From positions 1-50,316 of the IMG/VR virus record IMGVR_UViG_3300032246_001342: a stretch of 50,316 nt of DNA; one strand, 5' to 3'. Source of the stretch: a virus (taxonomy: Duplodnaviria > Caudoviricetes). The position numbers were made by a program, and so were the translations under genes. Position 1 is the first letter of the stretch; each line of letters opens with the position of its first letter. The notes beneath the pieces are model-generated. The model was given only the letters and a program-made list of their open reading frames with translations. It made no database searches and was not told the DNA's origin. Below, one piece after another: positions 47,109 to 50,316 of this stretch.

Positions 47109-47530
47109 GCTTGTTGTTCCATAAACGCCGCGCCGACGTTTTCCAAATTGCCGAGGCGCGAAGATGCTTCAAGCAACATGAAGAACAAATCGCCATGTGT
47201 TTTTGCAAGGTACGCGATGTCGGATTCATCAAATGGGTCTTCGCCGTCAGCGACCGCGATGGAACGATGAACCAATTTGATCAAAGGCACCATGTCGGGC
47301 GCGACCGGTGAATTGACACCTTTCCGCTTCAATGTCGCCGAATACGACATGGCGAAGGCGTTTCGTTTACCATCGTCGAGCATCATCGAATCGAGAACGT
47401 TTTCGGCGTCGTTCTCGGCGGACAACGTGATTTCGTGGGCTTCGCCCGTTTCCGGGTCGGTCCATTTGACGACTTCGACGCGCGCCATTGGCGCGGGTGC
47501 GGCGATGAGTTTTCGAATGATGCTTGACAT
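47021..47530 (-). CDS. Tail assembly chaperone (gpG-like)
   Basis: Between tail tube and tape measure; contains the slippery site. Confidence 0.8.
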   Translation of the reverse strand: MSSIIRKLIAAPAPMARVEVVKWTDPETGEAHEITLSAENDAENVLDSMMLDDGKRNAFAMSYSATLKRKGVNSPVAPDMVPLIKLVHRSIAVADGEDPFDESDIAYLAKTHGDLFFMLLEASSRLGNLENVGAAFMEQQAGNSSAASTRAASRSTSGPSGQPGKSRRR

Positions 47531-47615
47531 GCTTGCTCCTTATGGTGAAAAGGGCGGACCGTAACGGCGTTCGATGCCGGTCGGTTCCGCCCGCTTGGTG
47601 AACTATGGCCCGACG

Positions 47616-48041
47616 TTATGCGTTGAACGCAAGCGACAACGGTTGTCCGTAAGGCTTCAAAGTGAACCGAATCGTGTTCGGCCCGGCGTAATTGAGTTCG
47701 ATGTTGCCAACGATGCCCGCCGGACATTGAACGTCGATTGCCGTCGATGACGTTTGAATCGCCGTAAAACCGACGAGTTCGTTCAAGCGGAGAACGTTTT
47801 CGAGGCCGGTCGAGCCGGTCCGTGACAATTTAGTTTCGACCGTCACTTCCCAATCAATTTTGGTGATTCGATTGAGCGGCGTTGCCGATTGCGCGGTCGA
47901 ATGGTCTTCGAGGGTGTTGGTCTGGCTGACGCTCACGGTATCGACGAGGATCGTCACCGCGCTTTGGGTGTCGAATTGCCCGTCGTCAGCACCGCCGGGA
48001 ATGATTGAAAAAACGCAATCGCGAAGGACATTTAGAGCCAT
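47616..48041 (-). CDS. Major tail (tube) protein
   Basis: 141 aa beta-rich; position before the chaperone. Confidence 0.65.
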   Translation of the reverse strand: MALNVLRDCVFSIIPGGADDGQFDTQSAVTILVDTVSVSQTNTLEDHSTAQSATPLNRITKIDWEVTVETKLSRTGSTGLENVLRLNELVGFTAIQTSSTAIDVQCPAGIVGNIELNYAGPNTIRFTLKPYGQPLSLAFNA

Positions 48042-48053
48042 AGTTCGTTCACC

Positions 48054-48485
48054 TTATGCGATGCATTGGAGCCGGATTGCATAACGACCACCGGAAAGCC
48101 GGTAATCGCCCGCGTCGTCCGAAATCGGAACACGTCGCATACTGATTCTGTCACACGTCAATTCCCATTCGCTCGAAACACCGCGCCACGTTCCGGTGTA
48201 CCGAACGGCGTCGCCTGTGTTGATCGTGTCGTCGATGGTCGCCGCGTCTTCGTGCGGGAACCGCCGGTCGCCGCGCCTTGAGGCCGCGAAGACATCAAAT
48301 TCAAAATCGACATACTCGCGCGCTTTGCTTTGTGTCAACATGTCGTCGCCCGAAATTTGCTCGAACACGATGGCGGGTTCGTTCACCTCTTTCGGAATTG
48401 CCGAAGCGTAAACGCCGCGCGCCGGGTTGAATGCCGCGTTCAAACGCTCCGTGATCCATTGTTCGACGACTGCTTGTTCGATCAT
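48054..48485 (-). CDS. Tail terminator/completion protein
   Basis: GVYASAIP...PAIVFEQISG...FEFDVFA pattern and position. Confidence 0.65.
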   Translation of the reverse strand: MIEQAVVEQWITERLNAAFNPARGVYASAIPKEVNEPAIVFEQISGDDMLTQSKAREYVDFEFDVFAASRRGDRRFPHEDAATIDDTINTGDAVRYTGTWRGVSSEWELTCDRISMRRVPISDDAGDYRLSGGRYAIRLQCIA

Positions 48486-49027
48486 GACGTTCTCATGCTG
48501 TTGACGAAATCATCGACCATGTTGTCCCAATTGTCCGGGATGACGTCGCCTTGACCGGCGGCGATGATGGCGGCTTTGATTTGGTCTTGGAAATAGCGGG
48601 CGACGTCCGACCGCGCGCCCGCCATGAAGTATGTACCGGGACGCCCACGGGTCGGATATTCGATGTGGACGCCGTACGCCATGCCAACGCCGACCCATGC
48701 TTCGCCTTTTGCGGGTTTGGGCGCGGATGGCGCGACTTGGTCCAACACGCGTTCGGCTCCGTCGCGTTGAGCGCGCAACGACAAAGCTTTGTCGGTCTTG
48801 TCTCGGTAATTGTCCGACCGCCATGTTCGAGTGTAAATTGACGCTCGGAGCGCGCCGGTCGGCGTGGGTTCGTTGTTGTGAGCGTAAACGGTTTTCGTGA
48901 GTCGCTCGACCGCTTTTTGTTGAAGTTTGAACGCCGTCCGCCGAACCGCTCGGTCGATTTCGTCTTCGAGGTTGCGGGTGAGGTTGGTCAATTTGGGAAG
49001 GTTGGTTCGCATTCCAATGATCAACAT
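48482..49027 (-). CDS. HK97 gp10-like neck protein
   Basis: TGALRASI, YGVHIEY, GTYFM. Confidence 0.75.
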   Translation of the reverse strand: MLIIGMRTNLPKLTNLTRNLEDEIDRAVRRTAFKLQQKAVERLTKTVYAHNNEPTPTGALRASIYTRTWRSDNYRDKTDKALSLRAQRDGAERVLDQVAPSAPKPAKGEAWVGVGMAYGVHIEYPTRGRPGTYFMAGARSDVARYFQDQIKAAIIAAGQGDVIPDNWDNMVDDFVNSMRTS

Positions 49028-49902
49028 CAGTCGATCACCTCGCCGCGCGGATCGTAAACACGGGCGTCGTAAAGTTGACCGCCCGAAGCGTCGTCGAACA
49101 CGAGCACGGCGACGATGTGGGAATATTCGCGCAACGCGCCCGGTACCGTCACGTTTCGATCACGGAAACCAACGAGCGGGTCGGACCGTTGCCCGGCAAC
49201 CGTTCCGATTTGGACCAATCCCGCCGGGTACGCGCCGCCACTCGGCACCGCATAAAACACCATGTCGTAAAACGTCGAACCACGGAACACGAGCCGCACG
49301 GAGCCGACTTGTTGCGGCCTCGTGAATGCAAACCGAACCGCATATCCCGCGCCGCCGTTGCCGAAATCGTATGATCCGCCGGTCGTTTGATCGCCGGGCG
49401 CGTTGTCGATGGCGAGCGGAATCGCCGAATTCGCCGTCGTTTGCGATGCGCCGCCAAACACACCGGCGAGGTTGGTGTCGGGCGTACCTTCAGGCCAATC
49501 ATCGTCTCGGACGGTGTCGTCTTGCGCGCGCGCCGTCCATTCGGCTTCGGTGATGGAAACATCATATCGGCGTATGACCGCCTCAACGTCGAAATCATGA
49601 GCCTTTTCGACGAGGTACGGGACGTCGTTTACGATTGCCCGCCATCCGATCCCAAGGCGCGGCGCATCACCCGGAAGGGTGAACCCAAACGTCCGTTTTG
49701 TGGTGTCGATCAAATTCGGCGGCGTCGTGCTCGATTCCATCGCATCCATGCGGCATTGGAAAAATCCGACCGACACCCATGTCGTGTTCTCACCGCCGCG
49801 ACCATCGGGCGTGCGCGACGGCGATTGGAGTTCACACGTCAAACCATGCGCCCATTCATCCCGGACGGCGTACACGCCAGCCATGAGGAATTGAGGGAGC
49901 AT
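49027..49902 (-). CDS. Head closure/head-tail adaptor with C-terminal extension
   Basis: N-terminal TPDGRGGENTTW motif; about 170 extra C-terminal residues. Confidence 0.6.
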   Translation of the reverse strand: MLPQFLMAGVYAVRDEWAHGLTCELQSPSRTPDGRGGENTTWVSVGFFQCRMDAMESSTTPPNLIDTTKRTFGFTLPGDAPRLGIGWRAIVNDVPYLVEKAHDFDVEAVIRRYDVSITEAEWTARAQDDTVRDDDWPEGTPDTNLAGVFGGASQTTANSAIPLAIDNAPGDQTTGGSYDFGNGGAGYAVRFAFTRPQQVGSVRLVFRGSTFYDMVFYAVPSGGAYPAGLVQIGTVAGQRSDPLVGFRDRNVTVPGALREYSHIVAVLVFDDASGGQLYDARVYDPRGEVID

Positions 49903-50307
49903 TTACCCGCCCCAAGGCGTCCACGACAACGCTCCGTTTTCGTGCGGTCGGTATCCGTCCGTGTTGACGGCGATTTCGCCGATGGCGACGCCGTCACGTT
50001 GCGGCGTGATGATCGTATCATCAACCTGCTCTTCGCGAAGCCGTTTGGCGTTCGCGAGCCACGCTTTGCCGCGCTCCCGCCACGACAATTTGATCCGACC
50101 GGTTTCGTCGTATTCGTCCGGGTACGCCGACACCTTGTTCGCGAGCGATTCGAGGATCGTTGCGAGTCCGATGTTGTACGGGTACCGACTGAGAATGGCG
50201 GCGTATTCCTCGTCTTGGAGTAGCGGGCGCGCGGCGTCGGTGTCCCCCACGTAAAACCGCGCTTGATCCCGTGTGGTCGCTTGCGTTGGGTCGTACGTGA
50301 AGGACAT
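49903..50307 (-). CDS. Head-tail connector protein
   Basis: FTYDP...RDQARFYVGDT...LLQDEE motif. Confidence 0.7.
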   Translation of the reverse strand: MSFTYDPTQATTRDQARFYVGDTDAARPLLQDEEYAAILSRYPYNIGLATILESLANKVSAYPDEYDETGRIKLSWRERGKAWLANAKRLREEQVDDTIITPQRDGVAIGEIAVNTDGYRPHENGALSWTPWGG

Positions 50308-50316
50308 GGATTATTG
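50194..50316. repeat. Terminal direct repeat, copy 2
   Basis: Identical to 1..123. Confidence 0.97.

Noticed and set aside
47531-47615. Structured intergenic segment as a tRNA or riboswitch
   Set aside because: Only a GGGCGGA...TCCGCCC hairpin is visible, with no cloverleaf or preQ1-riboswitch signature

Overview
The window is an apparently complete, circularly permuted tailed-phage genome (siphovirus-like, about 50,193 bp, roughly 60% GC by eye). Its first 123 bp are repeated exactly at its end. The minus strand carries the head, neck and tail genes, terminase, the lysis pair, a replication/recombination block and a 7-deazaguanine (preQ0) DNA-modification operon (parB-like, dpdA-like, queC, queD, queE, folE). 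Small early operons, mostly on the plus strand, are scattered between these modules and include an amidoligase and a gamma-glutamylcyclotransferase. I recognised no integrase, DNA polymerase, tRNA or CRISPR array. The most interesting signals are: (1) a second, divergent TGT/DpdA-fold paralogue in an ASCH-containing operon between terminase and portal; (2) a MuF minor head protein fused to a GNAT-like domain with no adjacent immunity gene; (3) a genome-wide set of sigma70-type, mostly leaderless promoters whose -10 box lies inside the palindrome GTGTACAATGTACAC; (4) a 32-bp palindromic element found twice in the replication-initiator gene and twice beside early promoters; (5) strong depletion of CAG/CTG in the stretches I counted. 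All protein calls come from motif recognition and gene order, not database searches.
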